Source of the DNA: Raillietiella orientalis | Taxonomy: Eukaryota | Reading direction: 5' to 3' | NCBI GenBank assembly: GCA_036172245.1 | Contig: JAYWIR010000096.1 | Location: 124,001-188,000, forward strand | Length of the DNA stretch: 64,000 bases | Shown: positions 12,594-23,635 of the stretch, piece by piece | Layout of the letters: the number at the start of each line of letters is the position of its first letter | How positions within the stretch are numbered: position 1 is the first letter of the stretch | The notes under the pieces: generated by a model | Databases searched by the model: none | What the model saw: only the letters and a program-made list of their open reading frames with translations | Told to the model about the DNA's origin: nothing | Program-made: the position numbers and the translations under genes

Positions 12594-14559
12594 CACTGCT
12601 GCGGACACGACGGCGTGCTCCTCGCCCCGTCGGGCGAGAAGTCAGCTGGTAGGAGAGCGGATTGGGAAGCGGAATTGCTCCCGTTCGCCGTTACATCGCG
12701 CCCAGCTGAGTCCTGGGAGCCGAGGATCATCGCCTCGGTCTCCGTGCAGGAGCCGGAACCGCCTCCGGCAACAGGCTCGTGCTTTCGCACTTTAGCCAGG
12801 CGCGCTACCGGCTTACCCCGGGATGCGCGCTCCATTTGGTTGCACTCGGACTCCACCTCGGACTCCGAGTGCCTGGCGCGAGACTGGCGTTTTGCCAGTC
12901 TCTTTCTGTTTCGGCAGGTGGAGGCTTGCCCTGCCCGCGCGGGGGTCATCGCAGTCGCCAACGCAGCTTCCGGAGCTTTGGCTTCCGCAGCCGCCCTCTT
13001 GCGCGAAGCGACAGAGACAGAGCACACAGCGGTAGTGCGTACCTGGGTACGCACCTTTTTCGGGGAGCTTCTCTTTTGCCTCTCACCTACCTTAAGGATG
13101 GGGAATATTGAAGGGTCAACCTTCTTCTTCCCCTTTGTGGGCGTCCTGGAGACTCGAGTCCAGCGCGCGTCGGGGACACCCTCCTGGGAGGCCGACGCCT
13201 CCCTCAATTGTTTAGCCGGAGATACCGGCTCACGTTTCGCGCTCGCGGCGGGAGACGGCTCCGTCCCCGTTACGCACTGCACCTGCTTCTTAGCCGATGC
13301 GAGCGAAACGGCGGTGATTGCCGTCGTCCCGCGAGGCGCTATTGCAGCCTTCGCTGCTCGTGCCTTCGGCGTGGAAGACGTGATCTCCACCGCCGTAGGA
13401 GGAGACTGCCGTTCAGAGGTAGCTCCGAGGGTTCCCGCGCACGGTTTCCCGTATGCTCCGCTGGACGCGCAAGCGGACGCGGACGGTTCAGCAGCCTTGA
13501 TTGAGTGCGTGCCCGCACTCTTAGGCTGCTTCGAAGGGGACCATTTGCCCCCAGGGCGACGTGGCATCTTTCCCGTCTTGGCGGTTGTCTGCGATGGTGG
13601 CTTTCCTGAAGCAACCGCGCCTTTTTTCGCGGGACCGGCACTCGAAGATGCCCCGCCCTTGGAGCCCGATTTCTCCCGTGGCACAACGGGGGATCTTTTC
13701 GGCGCGTACGGGGTTGATTGTTGGCGGCTGATCGCCTGCCACTTTCTCTTCAGCTCGGCGCACTCTTTGATGGAGTGGCCGAGCTGTTTACAATAGCAGC
13801 AGTTGCGTAAAGGGCACGTCCACGGACGGTGGCCCTCGGCACCGCAAATGCCGCAAGCCAGTCGCTGACCGGCAAATTTAAGGTGGACGATCGCATCGCC
13901 CACCTGCAAGTGCGGAGGCATTTGCCTCCTATCCGCCATGGTGACACGCGCCATGGCAAGTTCGCTGTGGAGAGATGCAGTCCTTTTGATCGGATTATCT
14001 GCTCTCCTCAGCGCGTGCACCGTGGCGAATGCACTTAGTGCAGCGACGAGCACGCGATCAAGCGTGTCCACCTGGACGGCGGATAATCGAACCACGAACG
14101 ACTGGTCCATGGCCAACAGACGACCTCCTTCCCGCGGATATTTAGCAGGGTGCAAAGAAGGCGCTGGACTAGGGATGCCTCTTTGCAGTGCACATCCCAG
14201 TGTCCGAGCGCGTTAACCGGCATGACGGGCAGGAGGTCGTCCTGTCGGACCCCGACGCGCAAAAGCTCGTCCCACAAATTTTCTCGGACCCCGTCGGAGA
14301 TCGCAGCACTCACCGGATAGCATAGCGCAGGCTTGTAGCCATGGGCTGCATATGCCTGATGCCCCGCTTCGTCGGGCGGTGCTCCGCTGGCTGCCGCCGC
14401 CTTGACGACGGAAACGAAGCTTCTCGTCGGTGGCGAGACACAAGAATCAGAGGCAGACCGGACATCTGGAGTAAAGTCTCCACTGCAAGTGGCGGCTTCC
14501 ACATCCATGTTTTGCTGCAGGGGCTCCGTGAACATCCCAGTGGACGCACTCGGGCACAT
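12593..14559 (-). pseudogene. B1 ORF1 (two CCHC knuckles, long K/A/S/P-rich tail), frameshifted
   Basis: CGICGAEGHRPWTC, CCYCKQLGHSIKEC; ends PQQ-TGA overlapping the ORF2 ATG. Confidence 0.88.
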
Positions 14560-15188
14560 CACACACAAGAAGACGGAAAGGAATCACGCTCGAGGAGCAA
14601 CACAGAACACGTCCGTGCACTGTTGTCGTCGAGTGTATTCCCGACCGCTGCGAAAAAGAACTCGCCGCTACCGACGACCACCGCTCTGCTGAGTGTCAAC
14701 AGCGAGGGGAGCGAGCCGGCAGCAGTGTCCGTCATCGACACCACCATCGATGACGTAGCCTTCGCGCGAGCCGCGGAGGAGCTGGCAGCCTCGTTACAGC
14801 CAGAACCCTCCAAGGCTGGCAAGAAGGCCGTAAGGCGTCCGGCCTCCCCTCAGGAGTCCCCTACTGCCGATCCCGAAGTGGAGGCCGGAAGCGCAGCCTC
14901 TGTTTCCACGGCACCGCACAAGAAGGCTGGACGTAAGTCCACAATGCCAAGGAAGCTCGTCTCCCCCGTCGTAGGGGAAGAGATGGCTTCCGCAAGCGAG
15001 GGTGCCATGAGCGTGGGAAACTCTCGGGACCCGTCGACCCAGAGACTCCGACGCGGGGACACTGAGGGGATGGAGGGGGTGGAGGCCGAACTGGTGCCTC
15101 AGGTGCCTGAGAAGGCCGAAACCCCCATGAACATCCCGCCCGCCTCGCAAGAGGAGGGCTCCCCCACACCTTAATCTTCTTAGCAGTA

Positions 15189-18100
15189 ATGCCGGAAATC
15201 TCCCGCCGTCGTCTGCGCATCGCCGTTTGGAACGTGAACGGGATGACAGACGCCGGGAGGAGACGAGACATGGTCGCCCTTCTGGAGTCCTACCAACTTG
15301 CGCTGCTGCAGGAGATCCACCTGATCTCTGCAGAACAAGCGCGAGAGATCGAACGGATCTCCGAAATGCGGCTATGGTACAGGTGTGGGAGAGCGAAAAG
15401 TTGCGGTGTCGCCTACCTGCTCCGGCCAGCCGTCGAGACCGCGGCACGGAACATGCGGTTCGACGATCACCGTCGTTTCGGCCAGCTGACTCTCAGGTGG
15501 TCGGACTCGATCGATCTAATCGTGACGAACGTGTACGCACCGAGCGGCGCGGACCTGATGAACAAAAGGGCGATGAAAGAGTTTTTCCTTGCTTTCCGGC
15601 GAGACTGGCTGACCGAAGGAGGCGTGCGGAATGCCCATCTGGCTGAAGGCCGTTTCAACATTCGCCTGAAATCAGATGGGCAGAATCCCGAGCGTGACCT
15701 GGTCAACGAGGTGTGCAAGGCGGTGCACACCTGCAATTTGTTGGCCAGTGCGCCGGGGATGGGAGACTGCATCGACCACGTGTTTCTTGACGAGCATTTG
15801 TGCCCTCGCGTGGGCAGGCGCGGCAGGTTACCGTGCGAGCTGTCCGACCATCGCACGCTAGTCCTCCAGATTTATCCGCGCGACAAAAGCCCCCCCTCGT
15901 CAGCGTGGCGTCTCCCAAGGGACTGGCTGAAGCTCCCGGTCTCGGCACAACATCTCCGCACGTTCATACAGAGCTTAATGCTTCGGACACTTCAGGATTG
16001 GGAACGCTTCAAGCGGTCGTTCCACGAGTTCTGCGAGCAGTTCCCTCTGCACCGCCTACCTACGGGTTTTGGGACCGGGGTCCGTAACGAACGAGCCTAC
16101 CTGCAGGGTTGTTGTTACGCCAGGACCCCCGACATCCGCAGGCTGGCGGAATACAAAGCGGGAGTGAAAAGGCAAGCCTGGCAGTCCGGATCGGCCAGCT
16201 TACTGGACGATCAGGGCCAGGAGCACTCGGCACCTGCCAAAATCCGCGGCCTGCTGCGGTGTTACTACTCCTCCCTGTATGCCAGGGCACCTACGGAGAG
16301 GAACGTCTAACGAATTCTGCTTACGGGAGGCGCTCCAGCAATCGAGTAGGAGCAGAGAAAGACCCTCGACGAGCCTTTCAAGATGGACAAGATCCTCTCA
16401 GCCATCAGAAAGCTCAAGGAGCGAAACTCTCCAGGGGAGGACGGCTTGCCCGCGGAGTTTTATCAAACTTTCGCGGCTGAGCTTACCCCCCTGGTTTAGC
16501 AACTCACCTTGCTGATACGCGAAACAGGTGACGTTCCCGCCTCGTTTCGTTCTGCAAAGGTGCGGCTCCTCCCTAAGGGAGAAGATCTGAAGAGCATGAA
16601 CAACTGGCGTCCCATCACAATAGTGAATGCGGACTCCAAGTTGCTGGCTAAGGTTTGGGCAGAGCGTCTGGGACGGGTTGCCAACATGTTCATCAGCCCG
16701 GAACAGACATATGCTGTTCCTGGGCGAAGCATGGAGGCGAATCTGTTTCACGCTTCCACCTGGCTAGAGCTCCAACATGAAAGGAGCTTGGTGCGCAGCC
16801 GGAATTCCGGTGCGTGAGCCAGCGAGGAATTGGATGGTCGGGTGGGCAAGGCAGCCTTAGCGTTCGCAATCGACTTGCGGAAAGCATTCGATTGCATACA
16901 CCAGAATCTCCTTCTGGAGCTTCTGGAACGCTTGGGCTTCCCGGCCTCATTAGTGGCCTATCTGCGCTCCTGCTGGCGCAACGCGCTTATCAATGTTACT
17001 TTCAGCGGGTAGACCGTGCACGGCGTGCCGGTGCGGCGTGGGATCCGGCAGGGAGACAGCCTGAGCCCCTTGCTCTTCAGTACCTACTTTGAGTTGGTAC
17101 TGAGAGCGTACAGGGGAACTCTGGCGCACCTGCCGCACGACTGTGCCGGTACGCCGGCCGTTTCAGCCTTGCGGACGACCTTCTGCTGCTGCTCCCTATG
17201 TCCACCCTTGCAGCGGCGGTCGAGGAGTTCTTCGACCTGCTGCATCAAGGAACCGGAGTTACGGTGCATAGGGCGAAGTCGTCCGTTATGGCAGTTGGTG
17301 CGCCTTCGGCAGGGCAGCAGGACTGGGTCGGTTTGGGGATCCCCACGGTGAGGTACTTCAGATACCTTAGTGTGCCGTTGGGGGACTACTCCCCTGCGGA
17401 AGCGTGGTCCGGCTGCCTTCAAAAAGTAGAGACGGCGATCGGCCATCTCCGAGGCGCAGGTTTTCCTTGCCTGAACAAGCCGCGCTTTGGAACACGTTCG
17501 CGGCTCCTCTCCTCCGCCCCCTGCTTTTTGTTTGCCCCCCCACAGAGAGAATTAAAAAGCGGACAAAGGACCTCCTCCGTATCGCCCTTTGGGGCAACGG
17601 GAGGGCCCGAGTCCGCTTAAGGGACTTGTGCGCTCCTCGTCGGGATGGTGGTCTGGACCTCCTGACTCTGGAGCATCTGGAGCTTCAGCTCCAGTTCCGA
17701 TTGTCGGCATTCGTTCCAGGGCTGTTGTGCACCTGTTGGTGCGTACCTGCACGTTTCCTTCTCCAGCAAGTTACCGGCAAGACGGTACTGACGTCATTTC
17801 TTGCACTCCGTCGCCGCGTCAACCGATGCGGACTCCAGCTACGGAGAATGGCTGCGCTGTATCGCAAAAACCCATGATTTCTCACCTGTCGCCCTTTGAA
17901 CGGTAGTGCCTAATCGGAGGAAACCGTTTGAACCTGGGGACAGTTCGGCATGCAACGCTCCCAACAGGAACGAAGGTTCCTGTTTGGGGGTTACAGAAGT
18001 TGCACGCTCCGCGAGATCCTGGAGGATCCAAAGAAGAGAGAGTGGGCAGGAAAAACCTCCTCGCTGCTGCGCTGCTCTCCCTGATGGAAGATCTGGACAG

Positions 18101-18764
18101 CGATGTTGCGGCGAAGTGGGTGGTTACAGTAACAATCTCTGGAAAGGAGAAGAAGATAGGAGACTGGAAGACGGGCCAGTTAACAGATGCTGCGTCCCCG
18201 AGTACGCCTCCCAATGGACTTCTGCGCTGGGGCGCGCTGCTCGATGTTCCCATTGAACATCTGAAGTGGCCCCCGGTGCTCATGAACACTTCCGCCCTTC
18301 CCTCAAAATGGCAGGAGTCGGCTCTCCTGTTGCAGCACTGGGGACTCCCCTGCAACGCCCGCCGACACCACTTTACCTGGAGAGCGGTGGACCCCAATTG
18401 CGTCAAGTGTGGGGAACGGGATTCCCTCCCCCACCTGCTAGTGGATTGTGTTGCCCTTCGGCCCCTTTGGTTTCGCATTGCCGCGGCCATCCTAATCCCC
18501 TGCGGCAACCCCAGGGACGCAATGAAAGTCCTCTTCGTTGCCGACGCCCTTCGGCCAGCGGCCTCGTTAGCATCTTTGTGCTGCCTACGCGGGATCGTCA
18601 CCGCTTGGAGCAAGGCTACGGGAGGACAACGCGACCAGGGTGCCATCCAGCCAGCCTCCCAGTTCCTGAGGAGGGCGTTTCGATGGACCCAACTGGATCG
18701 AGGAATACAGAAGGAGCTTGCCGGCATCCTGCAAAGGATGCAACGGCCCTACCAGCAACTGTGA
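15189..18764 (+). pseudogene. A2 ORF2 (APE-RT-CCHC), multiple stops and frameshifts
   Basis: WNVNG, LQEIH, NVYAP, IDH, SDH, WRPITI, DLRKAFD, RQGDSLSP, CVKCGERDSLPHLLVDC. Confidence 0.92.
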
Positions 18765-18983
18765 TCCTCTCCCTTACCCTCCCAACTTTTCTTTTTTCTT
18801 TTGTTTTTTTTTTTTGTTTTTCTTCCTTCCCCCTGCTGCCGTGGTGGACCGTACCGGTCTGCGAACCGGTGACCCGGCAGGCTCTGTGTTTCTTCGTGCG
18901 TTGCAGGTGCAATGGTCCAGCCACCGCACGTCTTTGTAAAATTTTATTTTACAATAAACGCTTCGGCGAAATCCGGATGAAAA

Positions 18984-21900
18984 TCGAACGCCTTGTGGAG
19001 ATCGCCTGCGATCGCTAGGGCTTTCTTTCCCGCTCCGAGGTCCCTTCCTAGTCCGGCTGGCGGCCTCAATGTTGGGTTCCAGATTTTCCGTTTCCCTTTC
19101 TTCTTTCTTCTCTGCAGGTGCATCCATGTGCTTGCGAATAACAGGTTGGCATCCATACTTCGCCCGGGAACAGCATAAGTCTGCTCCGGGCTAATTATGG
19201 ACTCTGCCACCTGTCCCAGAGGCAAAGCCCATAGCCCTGCCAGCAACTTGGCGTCCGTATTCACAATTGTGATGGGACGCCAGTTGTTCAATTTACTGAG
19301 GTCTACCCCTTTCGGAAGGAGCCTCACTCTGTCTGACCGAAACAAGGCGGGAACATCGCCTTCGTCTCGGAGCAGCCTTGTCAACTAAAGCACCAGGGGT
19401 GCCAACTCTGCTGCGAAGCACTGGAAGAACTCCGCTAGCAAGCCTTCCTCCCCTGGCTCTTTACGTCTCTTGAGCCTTTTAATCCCGGCGAGAATTTCGC
19501 CGGTCGTAAAAGGCTCGTCGAGGCTTTCCTTCTCCTCCTCCCGTTTTGCCGGGGCTCCCTCCGGGAACAAACCACTGGGAACGTCCCGCTCCGGGAAGGA
19601 CTTCGCGTAAAGGGAGGAATAAAAACACCGCACGAGGTGCCGTATTCGAGCCGGGGCCGAGTGCTCCTGGCCCTCGTCCAGCAGGCTAGCAGACCCGGAT
19701 TGCCAGGCTTGACGTTCCGCCCCGGCTCGATACTCCACCAGGCGACGGATATTAAGGGTCCTCGCTTAACGACGAACGTACAAATACGCGCGTTCGTTAC
19801 GGACCCCTTCCCCAAATCCGGGGGCAGGCGATGCAAGGGGAACTCCTCGCAGAATTCCCTGACCAAGGCCTTAAAGAGGTCCCAATCAGCGGGATTCTGG
19901 AGGGTGACGCGTCTCAGGAATTCGCAAAGGTGTTCCTTCGCATCTGAGAGGCGCGTCCAGTCCCCAGGCAACCGCCACACCCTGGACTGGGGTCCCTTGT
20001 CGCGCGGGCACTCCTCGAATATCTATCTGGAATGGTCAGACAGTTCCGACGCAACTTTCCCCCGTTTGCCGACCCGCGAGCACAGGTCGACGTCCAGCAA
20101 GAGGTGGTCGATGCTGCTGACCATTTCCGGGAGTTCCCCTAACAAGTTGCACGTGCGCATTGCAGCCCACAACTCGTTAGCCGTCCGTTCCTGTGTGCGT
20201 AACTCACCTGATAGCAGGCGGAGATTGAAGTCTCCCGCTATCAGGTGAGCCACGCGAACGTTCGCTTCCACCAGCGAGTCGTGCTTCAGGCTTTCCAGGA
20301 ACGCCGCGCGTTCCCGGTACCTGTTATAACCGCTCGGGGCGTATACCTTTGTTACGACGAGGTCGATCGTGTCGGACCATCTGAGAATCAGCTGGCCGAC
20401 ACGACCGGCTTCGTCGAAGCGCACGCCCTTCACGGCAGCGTCGACCGCCGGCTTCATGAAAAACTTGACGCCGCAGGTGAATCGGGTGCCGCATTGCCAC
20501 ACCAGCCGCCCCCTGCGATCCTCTCGATCTCCTGGGCGTCCTCCCCGGTGATCACGTGGATCTCCTGCAGGCGTGCCAGGTCGAAGTCACGCAGGGTGGC
20601 TGCCGTGTCCCGTCTGTTGCTGTCGTCGCGCAGCCCGTGGACGTTCAAACATGCCACACGCAATCGACGGCGACAGGCGAGCCCAGGTGTTATTCCCGGG
20701 TAAGTGGCAATGGGGCTCCCGCCACCTGGTCGGGCGGGACGGATGGAGGCATAGGGGAACCGCCCAGCGGTTCTCCCACCTCCATGGGGGCAAATTCCTC
20801 GGCGGACCGGAACGATTGAAGGGAGCATGCTTCACGCACCTGCTTCCCCTCTTCCATGGGGGCCGATTCCTCGGCTGCGTTGGACGGCAGGGGGGAGCGG
20901 TTCTCAGCTGTCTTCTCTCCCTCTTCCATGACCATCTCCTCCGCAGGCTCCACCGGTGGAAGGGTGAGGCAATGCCCTACTTGCTCCCCTTCCTCCATGG
21001 GGGTGGCCGGCTGCTCGGTGGCGGAGGGTGGGAAAATTCCTCCCTCTGTTCCCACGCTGCCGGCTTCCCCCTCGGCTGCCGGTGCGTCCCCCTTGCTCTT
21101 TGTCGGGATGCGCCTCTTGGGATTCTTGGACTTCCGTCCAGTCTTCTTCGGAGGCGCCTCCGTGGAGGAGGACGAACTTCCGGCGTCCGTGTCGTGGTCA
21201 CCTGTCGGAGATGCCCTGGTCGCGGCCGGCCTTCGCAAGGCCTTGCGCGCGCCGTTCTCACGGTCGGCGAGTTTGGCCGCGAGCTCTTCCGCCGCCTGCT
21301 GGAAGGCGGCCTCGTCGATCGCGGCGAGCGCGTCGCGCGGTTCCCCCTCTGTTCGCACAGAGGGGAAGCCTTCCGTGATCGCGTTATCGTCGGCGTCGAC
21401 TCAGGGGATATCTCCCCCGGTGGCGGTCTCGGGTACCTCCACACGCTCCAAAGCGACCGAACATTCGCGGTTCAACGCGCGGCGTTGTCTCCTATTTAAA
21501 AGAGACGTCGCGGGTTCCGCTGTCGACCCTTCGGTTTTCTTAATTTTCTTGGCTTGAGGCTTCGCCTTCTGCCATCCTTCGCTCTTTTCAGCGTCGTCGG
21601 TAGATTCCACGATCGGCGTTTGCTGCACGGGCTTGGGCTCCGGCTGTGGGTTCCGCCTCACGGGTGCCTTCGCAAACTTTTCCGTAGCGCCCGCGCGTTT
21701 CCCTTTGGCCTTTTTCAAGGCAGCGGGAGTGGGGGGTTCGCGCTTCGGGCACACTTTGCGGAGGTGGCCCTTCTCTACACAGTAAAAACACTGGATGTGA
21801 GGGCACCGCTTTTTCAGGTGCCCTGTGGCATCACAGTGTCCACAGTACTTGGGCTTGCCCACGTACCAGACGTCGACTGTCTCGTTGCCGACGTCTAGTT

Positions 21901-22500
21901 TGTTATGTAGCCCACCGTTTTCGTGGACGGTTACTCGCGCACCAGCCATGCCACTAAACAGTCTTCCGTAACTCTGGATGACGTTGGGCTTGGTCCATAG
22001 CGCGTGAACCGTTCCGTATTTTCCGAGTTCCTCCTGTACGTCGGCATTCGACATGCGGAGGGTGACTCCCGTGAGGTTCGTTACCACGGAGCGATCCTCC
22101 GTTACCTGGAAAACTTTTCGGCCTTCCAGTGTGATTGGCGTATTCAGGAGGTGTTGAGCAAAGCTTGCATTCCTGCAAGTCAGCTCCACCCGCTGACCAC
22201 CACTCAACACGGAAAGACTTTCCAAGTCTTCCTCTTTTACGTTCAACCGCGGCAACTCCCTTTCGAAGTTGCGAGCGGTGTTTTCGACAAACAGATTGCC
22301 TACCTTGTATATCAGAGACGGCTTGTATCCCTGCTCCAGGTAGGCTTTCTGCTCGGCGAGGGCTGCAGGAGATGGGGCTGCAGCCACTGAACTCCAGGTC
22401 TTCGGCGATGCCGAAGACGCATTCGAGGGTGCAGGTGCCCCCTTTTTCAAGGAGGCGGTTGCGCCCTTTTCCAGGGTTGCGATTGTCCCCTTTTTGAAGC
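18984..22500 (-). mobile_element. Family E copy E0: ORF1 plus ORF2 up to DLHKAFD, where it is cut by A2
   Basis: ORF1 with CGHCDATGHLKKRC ends TAA 20692-20690; APE motifs; RT ends at AGDLHKAFD. Confidence 0.9.
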
Positions 22501-22795
22501 CACCAGTTTGTGGATAAGGGTAGAGCTCTCTTGAACGGTTACACGGGCAGCCGTGAGGCCGCACTGAACTGTGGTATAGTCCTCGAAAGGACTAGGCTTG
22601 GTCCATACTCCATGGACCGTGCTTTCTTTTGCCAACGCGGCGCGTAACTGTTCTTTCCGCATCCGCGCGGTTACTCCTAAAAGGTGGATCACCATACTGT
22701 GGTCCGCCGTAACGGGAAGGAGCCTGCGTGTGCTTATTATTACGGGGGTTTTAAGGAGACGTTCGGCCAGATCTGCATGTTTGCAGATCACAGCT
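22500..22795 (-). mobile_element. A-type ORF1 fragment fused to E0
   Basis: KHADLAERLLKTPV...AARVTVQE matches A2 ORF1 8097-8380. Confidence 0.75.
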
Positions 22796-23635
22796 ACGAA
22801 ATAAAAAAGTGGAACAAGAACCTCCTGCGCATTGCCCTTTGGGGCAAGGGGAGGCCCCGATTCCCCTTGATGGACTTGTGCGCTCCGCGTCGTGATGGTG
22901 GTCTAGGCCTCCTGATGCTGGAGCGCATGGAAATTCAGCCGCGATGGCGAACCTTGACCATCACAGCCAAGCTGTGGAGCACCCCCTGGTGTGCTTCCTC
23001 CCGCCACTCGCCAGACGTGTATCCGGAACGGGAGGACTCGCATCTCTTCTTTTATGTCGTGAAAGGAAGACAAGAAGATGAGGCCATCTGCTCGGAAGAG
23101 TTGCTACCCTGACGAGGGAGAATGCTTGGATGATCTGCAGCCCCGTCTACTCCAGCGCATGGCTGGATGAAACAGTTGGCACGTGGACTGTAGTGAATAA
23201 GAGGAGCCACGTGACATAAACTAGCCTGCGACGGTGCCGATACGCCCGCTGCACTCTACGCAAGATCGTTGAGTGTCCAGCCAGAAGCACGTGAGCAGAG
23301 GCGACTTGCCTGCCGACAACGCTATACTACCTACGTATGGCAATCGTGAGCAGCCGGACGCCGAGGTGGCAAGTGTCATGCCGTATCGCAGGCAGCGAAA
23401 AACTGTTAAGCAGTTGGACAATGGGGCAGCTAGCGGACGCCACAACCCATAGCCTCCTTCCGCAAGGACTCCAAAAATGTGGCGAGCTGCTCGGCATCAC
23501 GACTGTTAACTTGAAGTGGCCCCAGGTAATAACTGAAACCAGAATCCTTCCCCTAAAATGGCAGGATTCGACGCTGATGCTGTTGCACTGGGGACAGCCC
23601 TGCAATTCACGCCGTCAACACTGGACACGGAGAAG
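22796..23635 (+). mobile_element. D/E-type ORF2 C-terminal fragment
   Basis: LLRIALWGKGRPR...DLCAPRRDGGLG; LPLKWQ...LHWG..CN..R.HW, cut by the 3' end of D. Confidence 0.8.

Larger units (their letters stand above)
8825..14621 (-). mobile_element. Family B copy B1: full-length (~5.8 kb), inserted antisense into A2 ORF1
   Basis: 5' AGTGCACGGACGTG at 14621; 3' hairpin 8831-8845; GTTGTCGT duplicated at 8817-8824 and 14622-14629. Confidence 0.92.
7723..15189 (+). pseudogene. A2 ORF1 (gag-like, two CCHC knuckles), split by B1 into 7723-8824 and ~14630-15189
   Basis: CGICNTSGHLKKGC and CQVCGTLGHTRKV; resumes with VVVECIP..., then DDVAFARAAEELAASL; frameshifts and stops. Confidence 0.85.
7629..18983 (+). 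mobile_element. Family A copy A2: full-length (~5.55 kb) and interrupted by B1, flanked by a 14-bp target duplication
   Basis: 5' motif GGTGGATGTG near 7637. TCGAACGCCTTG(C/T)G at 7615-7628 and 18984-18997. ORF1 and ORF2 are collinear once 8825-14621 is removed. Confidence 0.9.

Noticed and set aside
12615..13796. Long plus-strand ORFs (393 aa here, also 39337-40356, 9178-10224, 20573-21499)
   Set aside because: Antisense shadows of GC-rich ORF1/ORF2 with no independent motifs.
4063..18983. LTRs or a simple segmental duplication explaining A1 and A2
   Set aside because: The repeats are whole ORF2 and 3' UTR copies with independent lesions and a target-derived spacer; no integrase, protease or PBS.
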